The notes: generated by a model from the letters alone, not told the origin. DNA of 64,000 bases from Patescibacteria group bacterium (GCA_018818205.1 JAHISJ010000025.1:7343-71342); one strand, 5' to 3'. Positions 8,575 through 18,776 are shown, counted from the first letter of the stretch. Made by a program: numbers and translations.

Positions 8575-10409
8575 TATTCAACAGTAACACTTTTTGCCAA
8601 GTTTCGTGGCTTATCTACATCACATTCTCTCAACACCGCAAGATGATACGAAAGCAGCTGAAGCGGAATAACGGTAAGAAGCGGTTCAAGCACCTCGATC
8701 GTTTCAGGTACAGCAATGAAGTCCTCAACCATTTTTGGAAGCTCAGTGTCGCTTTCTGAACCAATCGCAAGCACGTCTCCCTCTCTAGCTTTTATTTCTT
8801 GAATATTATTTATTGTTTTGTCGTACACGCTGTCTTTTGGCGCAACAAAAAGGGCGGGGAACGTTTTGTCAATCAATGCAATAGGTCCATGCTTCATCTC
8901 GCCTGCCGGGTATCCTTCAGCATGAATGTAGGAAATCTCTTTGAGCTTTAGCGCTCCCTCAAGTGCTATAGGAAAGTTAAACTTTCTTCCCATATACAAG
9001 AAATCTTCAACGTCTTTATACTTCTCTGCGATTTTTTTGATCTCATCGCTTTTTTCTAAAATCGATTCAATTTGCGCCGGAATTTTTACAAGTGCTTCCG
9101 TTATTTCTTTTCCTTGCTCAACCGTCATGTCACGGTGTCTCCCCATTTTGACCGCAAAAAGCACCAGCACCGCAATTTGAGCAACAAACGCTTTTGTTGA
9201 AGCAACGCCAATTTCCGGCCCCGCGTGTACAAATATTCCACCATCAGTGTCCCGGGCAATAGTTGAACCGGCAACGTTACTTACCCCTAAAACACGATGT
9301 CCCTTTCTTTTAATCTCTCTTAGTGCTGCAATGGTGTCAGCGGTTTCACCGGACTGGCTTATGACAAACGACATGGTGTTTTTACCCAAAATGATCCGTT
9401 TGTATCTAAATTCAGATGCGTTTTCTATGTCTACCGGGATCCCAAGTAATTCCTCAATCATATACTTACCAACAAGACCAGCATAATAGGCGGTTCCCAT
9501 CGCACAGATCATGATTCTATCAACCTGCAAAAGCTCCTTTACCGTGTAATTGAGTCCACCAAGATGAGCAAGCCCTTCTTCAGGGATAATACGACCGGCG
9601 ATGGCGTTTCTGATAACTAAAGGCTGCTCAAATATTTCTTTGAGCATAAAATGCGGATAGCCTTTCTTGGTTGCCATGTCACTACTCCACTCAACCTTTT
9701 CTACCTTACTTGTTGCTTCTTCTTTGCTTTTGATTGATCTCACTTCAAATGCATCTTTAGTGATTCTAATAATCTCACCGTCACGCGGGTATACAACACG
9801 CCGGGTATACGGCAGCAACGCAGAAACATCAGATGCAATAAAATGTTCGTCATCACCTATACCAATAATCAGTGGGCTTCCATTTTTTGCACCAATGATT
9901 TCGCCGGGGTGCTCCTCACTCATCACTGCAATGCCATAGGTTCCGTGAACCTCGTTTAATGCCTTTCTTACTGCTTCAAAGAGCGACTTCTCGTTCTTTA
10001 AATGCTCTTCAATCAAATGAGCAAGTATCTCAGTATCAGTCTCCGTATTAAAAGCATGTCCTGCCTTTTTTAACTTTTTCCGCAAATCAATGTAATTCTC
10101 AATAATCCCATTATGCACAATAAGGATTTTCTTGTTGCAGTCCCAATGTGGGTGCGCGTTTAAGTCTGACGGCGCGCCATGCGTAGCCCATCTTGTATGG
10201 GCAATGCCGGCGTTTCCTTCTGGGTAATCAACAGATAGAGAATCCTCAAGTACTCGTATGCGCCCCTTCTTTTTTTCACACTCAATTTTTTCCTTACCAA
10301 AAACCGCAATTCCCGCAGAATCGTATCCTCTATACTCAAGTCTTTTTAGCCCATCAATGAGAATTGGAGTTGCCTTTTTCTCACCGACGTACGCTACAAT
10401 GCCACACAT
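8574..10409 (-). CDS. glmS: Glutamine--fructose-6-phosphate aminotransferase (isomerising)
   Basis: Begins MCGIVAYVG (N-terminal Cys nucleophile after Met), has two SIS domains and ends with the conserved ...KSVTVE. The start was moved to the MCGIV Met inside the longer ORF. Confidence 0.92.
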   Translation of the reverse strand: MCGIVAYVGEKKATPILIDGLKRLEYRGYDSAGIAVFGKEKIECEKKKGRIRVLEDSLSVDYPEGNAGIAHTRWATHGAPSDLNAHPHWDCNKKILIVHNGIIENYIDLRKKLKKAGHAFNTETDTEILAHLIEEHLKNEKSLFEAVRKALNEVHGTYGIAVMSEEHPGEIIGAKNGSPLIIGIGDDEHFIASDVSALLPYTRRVVYPRDGEIIRITKDAFEVRSIKSKEEATSKVEKVEWSSDMATKKGYPHFMLKEIFEQPLVIRNAIAGRIIPEEGLAHLGGLNYTVKELLQVDRIMICAMGTAYYAGLVGKYMIEELLGIPVDIENASEFRYKRIILGKNTMSFVISQSGETADTIAALREIKRKGHRVLGVSNVAGSTIARDTDGGIFVHAGPEIGVASTKAFVAQIAVLVLFAVKMGRHRDMTVEQGKEITEALVKIPAQIESILEKSDEIKKIAEKYKDVEDFLYMGRKFNFPIALEGALKLKEISYIHAEGYPAGEMKHGPIALIDKTFPALFVAPKDSVYDKTINNIQEIKAREGDVLAIGSESDTELPKMVEDFIAVPETIEVLEPLLTVIPLQLLSYHLAVLRECDVDKPRNLAKSVTVE

Positions 10410-10943
10410 ATGCGTCAAATAAATTAAAAATAGTACATAGTAAGTATGCCTCAAAAAAGACCTTTAGTCAACGATTTTACAAAACAGATCACCCTCTAAA
10501 AAAGCTAGCCCTGCTTACAATAATTTGTTACAACATAAAGAGTTTTACAGAAAAACTAATTGTAACAAACCCATTATGAAATCATTTGAACATCCTCCAC
10601 ACCTCGATACAAAATGGTACGATACTTTTGAACAATACGGTGCATTCCAAGCATATGAGTATCTAAATGGAGATTTGGAATGTTATAAAAAATAACCCAG
10701 AAGAAATGCTTCGTTTTGATGTTGGCAAGTACTCACCCACCAACGAAAGACATATATGGATTTTAGATACCCTAGGGACTACAAATGAAGATCTAGAATC
10801 AATTGAAAACAGTCAGGAGCAACCATAGAGCGTAAAGTAACGTAAAAAAATTATGAATGACTTTAAGAAGTATGTTCCGCTTCATGAGTGGCTGGTAAGA
10901 ATGGTTAAGCGAGCAAAATAACTACTTTGTAGATTTCTATAAA

Positions 10944-10976
10944 AGAGTATGCACATTTTCTGCATACTCTTTTTTA
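10944..10976 (+). terminator. Rho-independent terminator (hairpin AGAGTATGCA/TGCATACTCT + T6)
   Basis: A 10-bp perfect stem with a 7-nt loop, followed by TTTTTT. It lies downstream of three tiny plus-strand ORFs. Confidence 0.6.
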
Positions 10977-11058
10977 TTGCCCAATTAATATTCAGACATT
11001 TGACACAAAGCTCAGTTTAGTGTTACGTTTAAGAGCAATTTTCACGAAGGAGGACCCT

Positions 11059-11745
11059 ATGTCAGAAAAGACAGAAAAAAAGCCAGACCCGATCTGGCAA
11101 AAAGAAGAATCAAGAAGAAAATTTTTCCAAGGAGCATTGCTTAGCTCCGGTGTATTCATCATTTGTGGAGGAATGTTATTTTTTGAAAGTTTTGAAATAT
11201 TGAAACAGAGCAGTCAATTTGTGGCTGCATTATTGATAATAGTGTTTGGAATTGGACTTTTGTTTTATGGCTTTTTACACTCCAGACAAGATATTCAAGA
11301 GGTTGAACAAGAGCATAGACTACTCCTCTACTTCTTCTCTAGAGTTTTGATGCTTAAGGGAAAAGGAGACACTATTCTTCGAAAGATTATCGTAAGCTAC
11401 CAAGCAGAGTCTATTTTGAGACAAGAATTAGACCTCTTGTTTCAAGGAAAATCTGATCGATCCCAAGATAGCATTGAAGAAGATATCCAAAAAGTGCTCG
11501 AGGAAAGAAAAGAAATTCAAAAGGAATGCGAGAGTTTTGAAAGACTGCATAATTTAGAAGGAGAATCAATCACCGCTTTTATTGAAGAGTTGTTTGGAAA
11601 GCCCAGAAGAATTTCAGAAGAGACTTTACAGATGATGGACTCAAAGGTTCTAGCAAAAGAAATTCTGGAGAAACTTCAAGAAGAAACTGGCCTCAGTAAA
11701 GAATTATTGGCTCTCATTATTCAGAAGAATGATGGCGAAAATTGA
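11059..11745 (+). CDS. Hypothetical membrane protein with C-terminal coiled coil
   Basis: AAGGAGG is 7 nt upstream of ATG 11059. Two predicted TM helices (LLSSGVFIICGGMLFF, FVAALLIIVFGIGLLFYGF) are followed by a charged coiled-coil region. Confidence 0.55.
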   Translation: MSEKTEKKPDPIWQKEESRRKFFQGALLSSGVFIICGGMLFFESFEILKQSSQFVAALLIIVFGIGLLFYGFLHSRQDIQEVEQEHRLLLYFFSRVLMLKGKGDTILRKIIVSYQAESILRQELDLLFQGKSDRSQDSIEEDIQKVLEERKEIQKECESFERLHNLEGESITAFIEELFGKPRRISEETLQMMDSKVLAKEILEKLQEETGLSKELLALIIQKNDGEN

Positions 11746-11802
11746 TGCTACTGCTATTAACACGACTTACGCCAAGACTCATACGAGATTTGGCTATTTT
11801 TT

Positions 11803-14223
11803 TTATACATTTTTTTCTAGACTTGTTAGCGCTTTTTGTATGTTCGTCTTTTCCTTAAGTATTTCCTCCCATAAATCCCCCTGTTTTTTTATCCTTTTCC
11901 CCATAGTTTTTAGCGTATATTTTTGTGGTGAAAGTTTTGCTGTAACTTCTGACCATTTGAGCGGAGTTGAAACAAGGGCACCCCTCACAGGCCTAAGTGA
12001 ATAGACCGACACAGCAGTTTGCCCTTTTCTGTTTTGAAGAACGTCTATATACACTTTCTTTTCTCTCTTCTTTATAGTTCGCTCCATTGTTGCAATCTCT
12101 GGCACTTTTTTAACTATCATGCGACCCACAAGCTCAGCAAACGTTCGTGCCTGCGCGTATGTATACCGCGCTTCCAAAGGCACATAAATATGGAGTCCCG
12201 TTTTTCCAGATGTTTTACAATAATTGGGAACGTTAATCTCATCTAACAGTTGGTGAATTTCTCTTGCAACACGAACCACATTTATAAACAGTGCGCCATG
12301 CGGATCTAAATCAAATAGTACATAATCTGGATTATTGATGCTACTTACTTGTGAATGCCATGGGTGCAGCTCTAGGCTTCCAAGGTTTACCAAATAAACA
12401 AGTGTTTCAAGATTATTGCACAGCACATAGTCAAGATATCGTTTGGTTGATTTTGAATAGATTCTTTTTGTTTTAACCCATTTTGGCGTTGTACCCGCCA
12501 TATCTTTCTGGTAAAACCCTTCCATATCTATTCCTTCTGGAAACCTATGAAGCACCATTGGTCTGTTTTTAAGATAGGGTAAAATAACGTCTCCAATTTC
12601 TATATAATACTCAGCTATATCTTTTTTGGTGTACTTAACCTGAGGATACAAAATCTTATTTGGATTTGAAAGATGAAATCTTTCACTTGTCTTTTTTGGT
12701 TTTAACTCCTGTTGATAGGACTCAAAATCAATCTCTTCAATTTCACCAATCACTGGATGCCTCAGCATCCCCTTTCCTGTCACTTCAGAGTATTGAACAC
12801 TTATTTTGTACAATGGTTTTACCCACGTAAACGAATACTTTGTTTTTGGAATTTCACTTAAAGCCGTCGTTTTTCTTTCTACCTTTTCAAGTTCATTTCT
12901 AAGGACTACCGATTGCCGCTCAGAAATGCCAGATCCTGCGTTACCCACATATTCATAATTTCCTTTTTTCTTTTGAGCAAGAGCTAGTGATCCAATACCT
13001 CTACTCCCCTTTTTAGGCTCTGTAAATCCAACTATATATACTTTCTTCTCTTTTACACGCTTTATCTTTTTCCAATTTGTGCTTCTCTTCCCTATTTCAT
13101 ACGCACTATCTGCTTTTTTTGCCATAACCCCTTCTAGTCCAGCCTTGCTCGCAATATCAAAAAAAGATATTCCTGTTTTTTCTATATGGTCTACATACAA
13201 AAGAACCTGAGACTTCCTAGGAAATATTTTCCTTAAGACTTTTTTTCTTTCTGTAAGAGATACATCAATCAATGATTTTCCCTGAAGTGACAGAAGATCA
13301 AAAATACAATATGTCAATGTCCCAGCTCTACTACTGTCTTTAATCAAATCAAACTGCGAGTGGCCCTTTTTATTAACCATAACAAGCTCTCCATCAAAAA
13401 CTGCATCAAAAGGTAATCGCTTTAGTTCCTTTACCACTTCTGGAAACCGTTCATTGAATGATTTACCATTTCTTGAATAAAGATCTACCTCACCCTCTAC
13501 CTTTTCTGCAATGGCCCTAAATCCATCGTACTTAATCTCAAAAAGCCATCCAGGGGAATCAAATGGCTCTCGTACAAGTTCCGCAAGCATAGGACTCACA
13601 TTAGCGACCTTTTCTTTTTTTGCATCAACTGATTTGAGTACAGCCTGCAATTGTTTTTTTGCTGGTGATGTAAACTTTTTTTGTGTGCTCTTCTTTTTTA
13701 CTGCTTCCTTTTTCCATCTTTCATCGCTCACTTTATAGAAAAGCCACGTATCTTGCTTTCCCGTTTTGAATTTCACCAGAGCGTATGTTCCCTTAAGTTT
13801 TTTACCATAAAACTCCAACACAAAATGACCTTTAGTAAGTCCTTTTTTAATTTTTTCTTCATTGTACTTCTTGCTTTTTTCTTTACATCCAACGTAATTG
13901 TAGACACCCTCATCCCAGATCTCTACCTTGCCTGCACCGTATTGCCCTTCTGGAATTTCGCCTTCAAATGTTCTGTATTCAAACGGGTGATCTTCTGCAT
14001 GAATAGCAAGACGTTTCTTTTTTGGATCTTTTGACGGTTCTTTTGGTACAGCAAAACTAACAAGTACTCCAAAAAGTTCTAAACGTAAATCAAAGTGGAG
14101 CCTTTGTGCATGATGTTTATGAACTACAAAACGCAATACCTCGTCGTCCCCCTTATTGACTTTGCCAGAAGGCTCTGGCGTTTTGGTACGTGTCCTTTTT
14201 TCTTTGTATTTTTTTAAGGTCAT
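11803..14223 (-). CDS. ligD: Multidomain ATP-dependent DNA ligase LigD (phosphoesterase-ligase-polymerase)
   Basis: 806 aa. An N-terminal 3'-phosphoesterase signature (FVVHKHHAQRLHFDLRLE), a ligase adenylation motif I (EIKYDGFR) and a C-terminal primase-polymerase-like domain. It is adjacent to ku. Confidence 0.85.
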   Translation of the reverse strand: MTLKKYKEKRTRTKTPEPSGKVNKGDDEVLRFVVHKHHAQRLHFDLRLELFGVLVSFAVPKEPSKDPKKKRLAIHAEDHPFEYRTFEGEIPEGQYGAGKVEIWDEGVYNYVGCKEKSKKYNEEKIKKGLTKGHFVLEFYGKKLKGTYALVKFKTGKQDTWLFYKVSDERWKKEAVKKKSTQKKFTSPAKKQLQAVLKSVDAKKEKVANVSPMLAELVREPFDSPGWLFEIKYDGFRAIAEKVEGEVDLYSRNGKSFNERFPEVVKELKRLPFDAVFDGELVMVNKKGHSQFDLIKDSSRAGTLTYCIFDLLSLQGKSLIDVSLTERKKVLRKIFPRKSQVLLYVDHIEKTGISFFDIASKAGLEGVMAKKADSAYEIGKRSTNWKKIKRVKEKKVYIVGFTEPKKGSRGIGSLALAQKKKGNYEYVGNAGSGISERQSVVLRNELEKVERKTTALSEIPKTKYSFTWVKPLYKISVQYSEVTGKGMLRHPVIGEIEEIDFESYQQELKPKKTSERFHLSNPNKILYPQVKYTKKDIAEYYIEIGDVILPYLKNRPMVLHRFPEGIDMEGFYQKDMAGTTPKWVKTKRIYSKSTKRYLDYVLCNNLETLVYLVNLGSLELHPWHSQVSSINNPDYVLFDLDPHGALFINVVRVAREIHQLLDEINVPNYCKTSGKTGLHIYVPLEARYTYAQARTFAELVGRMIVKKVPEIATMERTIKKREKKVYIDVLQNRKGQTAVSVYSLRPVRGALVSTPLKWSEVTAKLSPQKYTLKTMGKRIKKQGDLWEEILKEKTNIQKALTSLEKNV

Positions 14224-14233
14224 ATATGGATGG

Positions 14234-15013
14234 TTAGACCTTCACTTTTTTTGATTTTTCCAAGCTCTTTTTAAGTTCCTTCATTAAATCAGTGACTTCT
14301 GTTGCTTTTGGTATTTTCCCTTTTGGGGTAATGGTCTTCTTTTCTTTCTTCTCTTGAATTGCTTTTTTTAACGATTTTACATACGAGTCTTTGTACTTCT
14401 TTGGGTCAAACTTTCCTTCCATATTTGAGATAATATCAATTGCCATGTTTAGCTCTTCTTTTTTAACCTTCCCTTGCTTTGGAATGGTAAGTTCGCTTGG
14501 ATCTCTAAGCTCCGTAGCAAACCTGAGTTGATTTAATACGAGCATATCGCCTTCTGCTTTGAGCGCTGCTAGATGCTCGTGCGTTTTAAAAACATATGTT
14601 GCGACACCGACTTTTTTTGATTTTTTAAGCGCTTGAACAAGAAGCGCATAGATCTCAGCTGCATTTTCTGCAGGCTCAAGATAGTAAGGTTTATCAAAAT
14701 ACTTTGTATTGATTTCACCCACGGTTACAAAAGAAGAAACATCAATCGTGTTTGATTTTTTTACGTCAGCTTTTTCAAAATCACTGTCTTCCATGATAAC
14801 GTACTCACCTTTCTTATACTCATACCCTTTTACAATGTCATCTTTTGAAACTTCTTTGCCATCGGACTCGCGATACTTTCCATAGTGTATACGCGAATTA
14901 TCGTTTTTATCTAAATAGTGAAACGTAAGTTGATGGTCCTTTGTTCCGCTATATAGATTGACTGGGATATAAATAAGGCCAAAACGTATGCCTCCTGTCC
15001 AGATTGGTTTCAT
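14234..15013 (-). CDS. ku: Non-homologous end joining protein Ku
   Basis: 259 aa. The N-terminus (IWTGGIRFGLIYIPVNLY) matches the bacterial Ku core, and there is a K-rich C-terminal tail. Confidence 0.85.
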   Translation of the reverse strand: MKPIWTGGIRFGLIYIPVNLYSGTKDHQLTFHYLDKNDNSRIHYGKYRESDGKEVSKDDIVKGYEYKKGEYVIMEDSDFEKADVKKSNTIDVSSFVTVGEINTKYFDKPYYLEPAENAAEIYALLVQALKKSKKVGVATYVFKTHEHLAALKAEGDMLVLNQLRFATELRDPSELTIPKQGKVKKEELNMAIDIISNMEGKFDPKKYKDSYVKSLKKAIQEKKEKKTITPKGKIPKATEVTDLMKELKKSLEKSKKVKV

Positions 15014-15090
15014 GGGTTTAGTTAATGTTATTTGACATAAAATATATTACGTGTTATTTTGCAATGCTCGTTCACTCGCTAGGAGGAAAG

Positions 15091-15375
15091 ATGAAAAAGG
15101 TACTATACGTCTTTGCGATTTGTTGTTTTTTTCTAAACTTAGGCTGTCGTCAAATCAGGACTGAAGCTGGCTGCCTTGTTTGCGAAAGCGGATTCCAATG
15201 CACCAATGGCTATGCGTGCCGAAAAAATACATGCAAGAAAGTTGCCTGTAAAAAAAATTCTGACTGCAACAAGAACGATTTAGAGAAATGTGAAGAGGGT
15301 TTTTGCCACGCTCCAACACCCAAATGTTATGTTCGTTGTGGAATAAGCAATTCAAATACAAGTTGCATCAAATAA
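15091..15375 (+). CDS. Cysteine-rich small lipoprotein (16 Cys in about 75 mature residues)
   Basis: AGGAGG precedes ATG 15091. A signal peptide with a lipobox (FFLNLGC) is followed by repeated C-x2-C and C-x5-6-C spacing, for example CLVCESGFQCTNGYACRKNTCKKVACKKNSDC. Confidence 0.6.
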   Translation: MKKVLYVFAICCFFLNLGCRQIRTEAGCLVCESGFQCTNGYACRKNTCKKVACKKNSDCNKNDLEKCEEGFCHAPTPKCYVRCGISNSNTSCIK

Positions 15376-15381
15376 CAAAGA

Positions 15382-17814
15382 TTAGATAACCACAAAATTC
15401 AGCAATCTACCCTCAACGTAGATTGTTTTTTTTATTTCCTTTCCTTCAATAAATTTTTGAACGTTTTTCACTTCTTTTGCTAGAGCAATAATATCCTCCT
15501 CGGTACTATCGGATGCAACCATAATGGTTCCACGTACTTTGCCATTAATTTGAATGGGGATCTCCATCTGGTCTTCAACGAGTAACGCTTCATTATACTG
15601 AGGCCATGATTCTTTAAAGATGCTGTTTTTGTGTCCAAGTTTCTCCCAAATCTCTTCAGTAAGATGCGGTGCAAAAGGTGAGAGAATAAGTAAAAAAGTC
15701 TCAAATGATTTTTTATCTGCTGCTTCACTTTTTTGAAATGCATTTAAAAAAATCATCATCGCTGAGATTGCTGTGTTTAAGCTCAGTGACTCAATATCTT
15801 CTGTTACTTTCTTTATGGTCTTGATTAATACTTTTTCTAGTGACTTTTCACTTTCATTATCTTCAAGGTCTTTCTTTTCAGCAATACCCCACACTTTATC
15901 TAAAAATCGCTTTATACCCATAATTCCTTTTGTATCCCACGGCTTTGAATCTTCAAGAGGCCCCATAAACATCTCGTACATACGCATGGTATCAGCGCCA
16001 TATTCATAAACCACCTCATCAGGGTTTATAACATTGCCCAGGGACTTAGACATTTTCCTGCCATCTTCTGCCATAATAAGACCTTGATTGATGAGCCTTT
16101 TAAACGGCTCATCCACACCACAAAGGCCTTCATCATACAATACCTTAGTGAAAAATCTGGAATAAATGAGATGTCCCACGGCATGTTCTGCACCACCAAC
16201 GTAGAGATCAACGGGCATCCATTTTTGTATTTTTTCCTTTGAACAAAATTCTTGTTCGTTCTTTGAGTCAAGGTATCTAAAAAAGTACCATGAAGAACAC
16301 ACAAACGTATCCAAGGTATCTGACTCTCTTTTTACCCCCTCGCCTGACTTGCCGCATTTAGGACAGGTAACCTCATGAAATGTTTTTGAGCCCTTAAGCG
16401 GAGACTCTCCGGTGGGCTTAAAATCGACATCGGTTGGCAGTACTACTGGCAACTCGTCAGTAGATAACGGGAGTTCACCACATTCATCACAATATACTAT
16501 GGGTATTGGCGTACCCCAATACCGTTGTCTAGAAATAAGCCAATCACGGAGATGGTACCTGATCGTTCGCTTTCCCCAGCCTTTCTCTTCTAGATAATCC
16601 ATCATCTTAGAAATCGCTACGCTTATTTCTAACCCATCTAAGAAATCAGAATTAATCATAGTACCTGCATCTTCTTGAACTTGATGTGCATCAGTGATGT
16701 CAGTAGTATCACCATCTGGACCTACAACCACACGTTTAATAGGTAGATCACATGCTTTGGCAAACTCAAAATCACGCATGTCGTGACCAGGAACTCCCAC
16801 AACCATACCTGTTCCAACGGTGTTAAGAACAAAATCAGCAACGTAAATCGGCAGTTTGGTATTATTTAGTTTGTTTACTGCATACCTTCCTGTAAAGACT
16901 CCTGACTTTTTTCGCCCCTCCGACACACGCTCGAGCTCGGTCTTCTTTAATGCCTCATTTATATAAGCATCGACTTCTTCTCTCTGCTCTTTTGGAACAA
17001 AATCGTCCTGTGCGTTTAGTAGCTCATTCTCGGGAGCAATAACCACAAACGTTGCACCAAAATTGGTATCAGGCCTGGTTGTTGACACGACGATTTCTCT
17101 ATCCAAATCTTTAAGCGGATACGTAATATCAATCCATTCTTTTCTGCCAATCCAGTTTTTCTGCATGAGTTTGAGCTTTTCTGGAAAATCGATCTTTTCC
17201 AAATCATCTACAAGTCTATCCGCATAAGCAGTTGTCTTAAAAAACCACTGCTTTAAGTTTTTTTGAACAACCTGATTGTTACACCGTTCACAATGATCAT
17301 CAATAACCTGCTCATTCGCAAGCACCGTCTTGCATGACTCACACCAATTTACCTTTGCTTCTTTTCTGTAAGCTAATCCCTTTTTGTAAAACAGCAAAAA
17401 GAACCACTGAGTCCATTTGTAATAGTCCAGATCACACGTTGCAAACTCCCTAGACCAATCATATGAGAGACCCAGAGACTTTATTTGTCTCTTAAATGTT
17501 TTTATGTTATCTCTCGTACTTTTTTCCGGCGGCACTCCCGTTTTGATTGCGTAATTTTCCGCAGGAAGACCAAACGCGTCCCAACCCATGGGGTGGAGCA
17601 CCTCAAATCCGTTCATGCGTTTATAACGGGACACTATATCTGTTGCAGTATAGCCCTCAGGATGTCCTACATGAAGACCTGCTCCGGAGGGGTACGGAAA
17701 CATATCAAGGCAGTAATACTTGGGTTTTTTTGACAAATCGTCAGTTTTGTAAAGCTCTTCTTTGTCCCATTTATCTTGCCATTTCTTTTCAATGCTTTTG
17801 TGGTCATAAGACAT
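15382..17814 (-). CDS. leuS: Leucyl-tRNA synthetase
   Basis: 810 aa with a HIGH-type motif (HVGHPEGY), KMSKS and a CP1 editing domain. Confidence 0.93.
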   Translation of the reverse strand: MSYDHKSIEKKWQDKWDKEELYKTDDLSKKPKYYCLDMFPYPSGAGLHVGHPEGYTATDIVSRYKRMNGFEVLHPMGWDAFGLPAENYAIKTGVPPEKSTRDNIKTFKRQIKSLGLSYDWSREFATCDLDYYKWTQWFFLLFYKKGLAYRKEAKVNWCESCKTVLANEQVIDDHCERCNNQVVQKNLKQWFFKTTAYADRLVDDLEKIDFPEKLKLMQKNWIGRKEWIDITYPLKDLDREIVVSTTRPDTNFGATFVVIAPENELLNAQDDFVPKEQREEVDAYINEALKKTELERVSEGRKKSGVFTGRYAVNKLNNTKLPIYVADFVLNTVGTGMVVGVPGHDMRDFEFAKACDLPIKRVVVGPDGDTTDITDAHQVQEDAGTMINSDFLDGLEISVAISKMMDYLEEKGWGKRTIRYHLRDWLISRQRYWGTPIPIVYCDECGELPLSTDELPVVLPTDVDFKPTGESPLKGSKTFHEVTCPKCGKSGEGVKRESDTLDTFVCSSWYFFRYLDSKNEQEFCSKEKIQKWMPVDLYVGGAEHAVGHLIYSRFFTKVLYDEGLCGVDEPFKRLINQGLIMAEDGRKMSKSLGNVINPDEVVYEYGADTMRMYEMFMGPLEDSKPWDTKGIMGIKRFLDKVWGIAEKKDLEDNESEKSLEKVLIKTIKKVTEDIESLSLNTAISAMMIFLNAFQKSEAADKKSFETFLLILSPFAPHLTEEIWEKLGHKNSIFKESWPQYNEALLVEDQMEIPIQINGKVRGTIMVASDSTEEDIIALAKEVKNVQKFIEGKEIKKTIYVEGRLLNFVVI

Positions 17815-17938
17815 GCACGTTCGGGTTAATCAACTTTATGTACCATCAGTATATCCTAAGCGTACGCTCTTTTGAATACAAAAAACCAATCCTTGCTTTA
17901 AGAATCAATTCTTCACAAATCTAAATTGGCTATTTATT

Positions 17939-18769
17939 TTAAAGGTTAAAAAAGGTAATTGCGTTTTTAGTGGTAGTCTCTGAGACCTGCTCAAATGAGA
18001 CGTTTTTAACTTCAGCGATTTTCCTCGCAACCTCAACTACATACGCAGGTTCATTCCTCTTTCCTCTGTGTGGTTCCGGCGCTAAGAAAGGACAATCAGT
18101 TTCTACCATCATTTTTTCGAGCGGTACGATCTTTACTACTTCCCTAACTACATCAGCATTTTTGAATGTTACAATGCCCGTAAACGATATCAAAAAACCC
18201 ATATCTAAAAACTGTTTAGCATGTTCAGTTGACCCGCCAAAACAATGAAGCACTCCCTTGGTTTCTGGATAGTCTTTGAGAATCGTAAACGCGTCATCCT
18301 CAGCGTCCCGAACGTGGATGATAAGTGGCAGCTTAACTTCATTGGCATATTCGATTTGTGCTCTAAAAAGAATCTCCTGCTTTTTCTTACTATCACCTTC
18401 CTTGCCTTTTTTTAGACGAGAATAGTCAAGTCCACATTCACCAATTGCTACAATCTTGCTTGACTCTTCAAGCGCAGATGACAAGTGAGCTTTTACCTTT
18501 TCTTGCACACTCTTATAATCGTCTACCTCCATTCCATTTATGTTACCACCAACTCGGTCAACTTCATCCGGATGAAATCCCACACACGCATACACGCCAT
18601 TGTACTTTTGAGCAATGTCCGTTGCTTTTTTATGACTCAGAAAATCACATCCAACAGTAATGATTTTAGTAACGGACGCATCAAAAGCCCTTTTGATCAC
18701 CTCTTCTCTATCGTTATCAAAATCTTTAAATTCAAGATGTGCGTGAGTATCTATCAGAGACATAGTCAC
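17939..18769 (-). CDS. tatD: TatD family metal-dependent hydrolase (DNase)
   Basis: 276 aa with an N-terminal LIDTHAHL motif and TIM-barrel metal-binding residues. Confidence 0.85.
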   Translation of the reverse strand: MTMSLIDTHAHLEFKDFDNDREEVIKRAFDASVTKIITVGCDFLSHKKATDIAQKYNGVYACVGFHPDEVDRVGGNINGMEVDDYKSVQEKVKAHLSSALEESSKIVAIGECGLDYSRLKKGKEGDSKKKQEILFRAQIEYANEVKLPLIIHVRDAEDDAFTILKDYPETKGVLHCFGGSTEHAKQFLDMGFLISFTGIVTFKNADVVREVVKIVPLEKMMVETDCPFLAPEPHRGKRNEPAYVVEVARKIAEVKNVSFEQVSETTTKNAITFFNL

Positions 18770-18776
18770 CTTTTAT

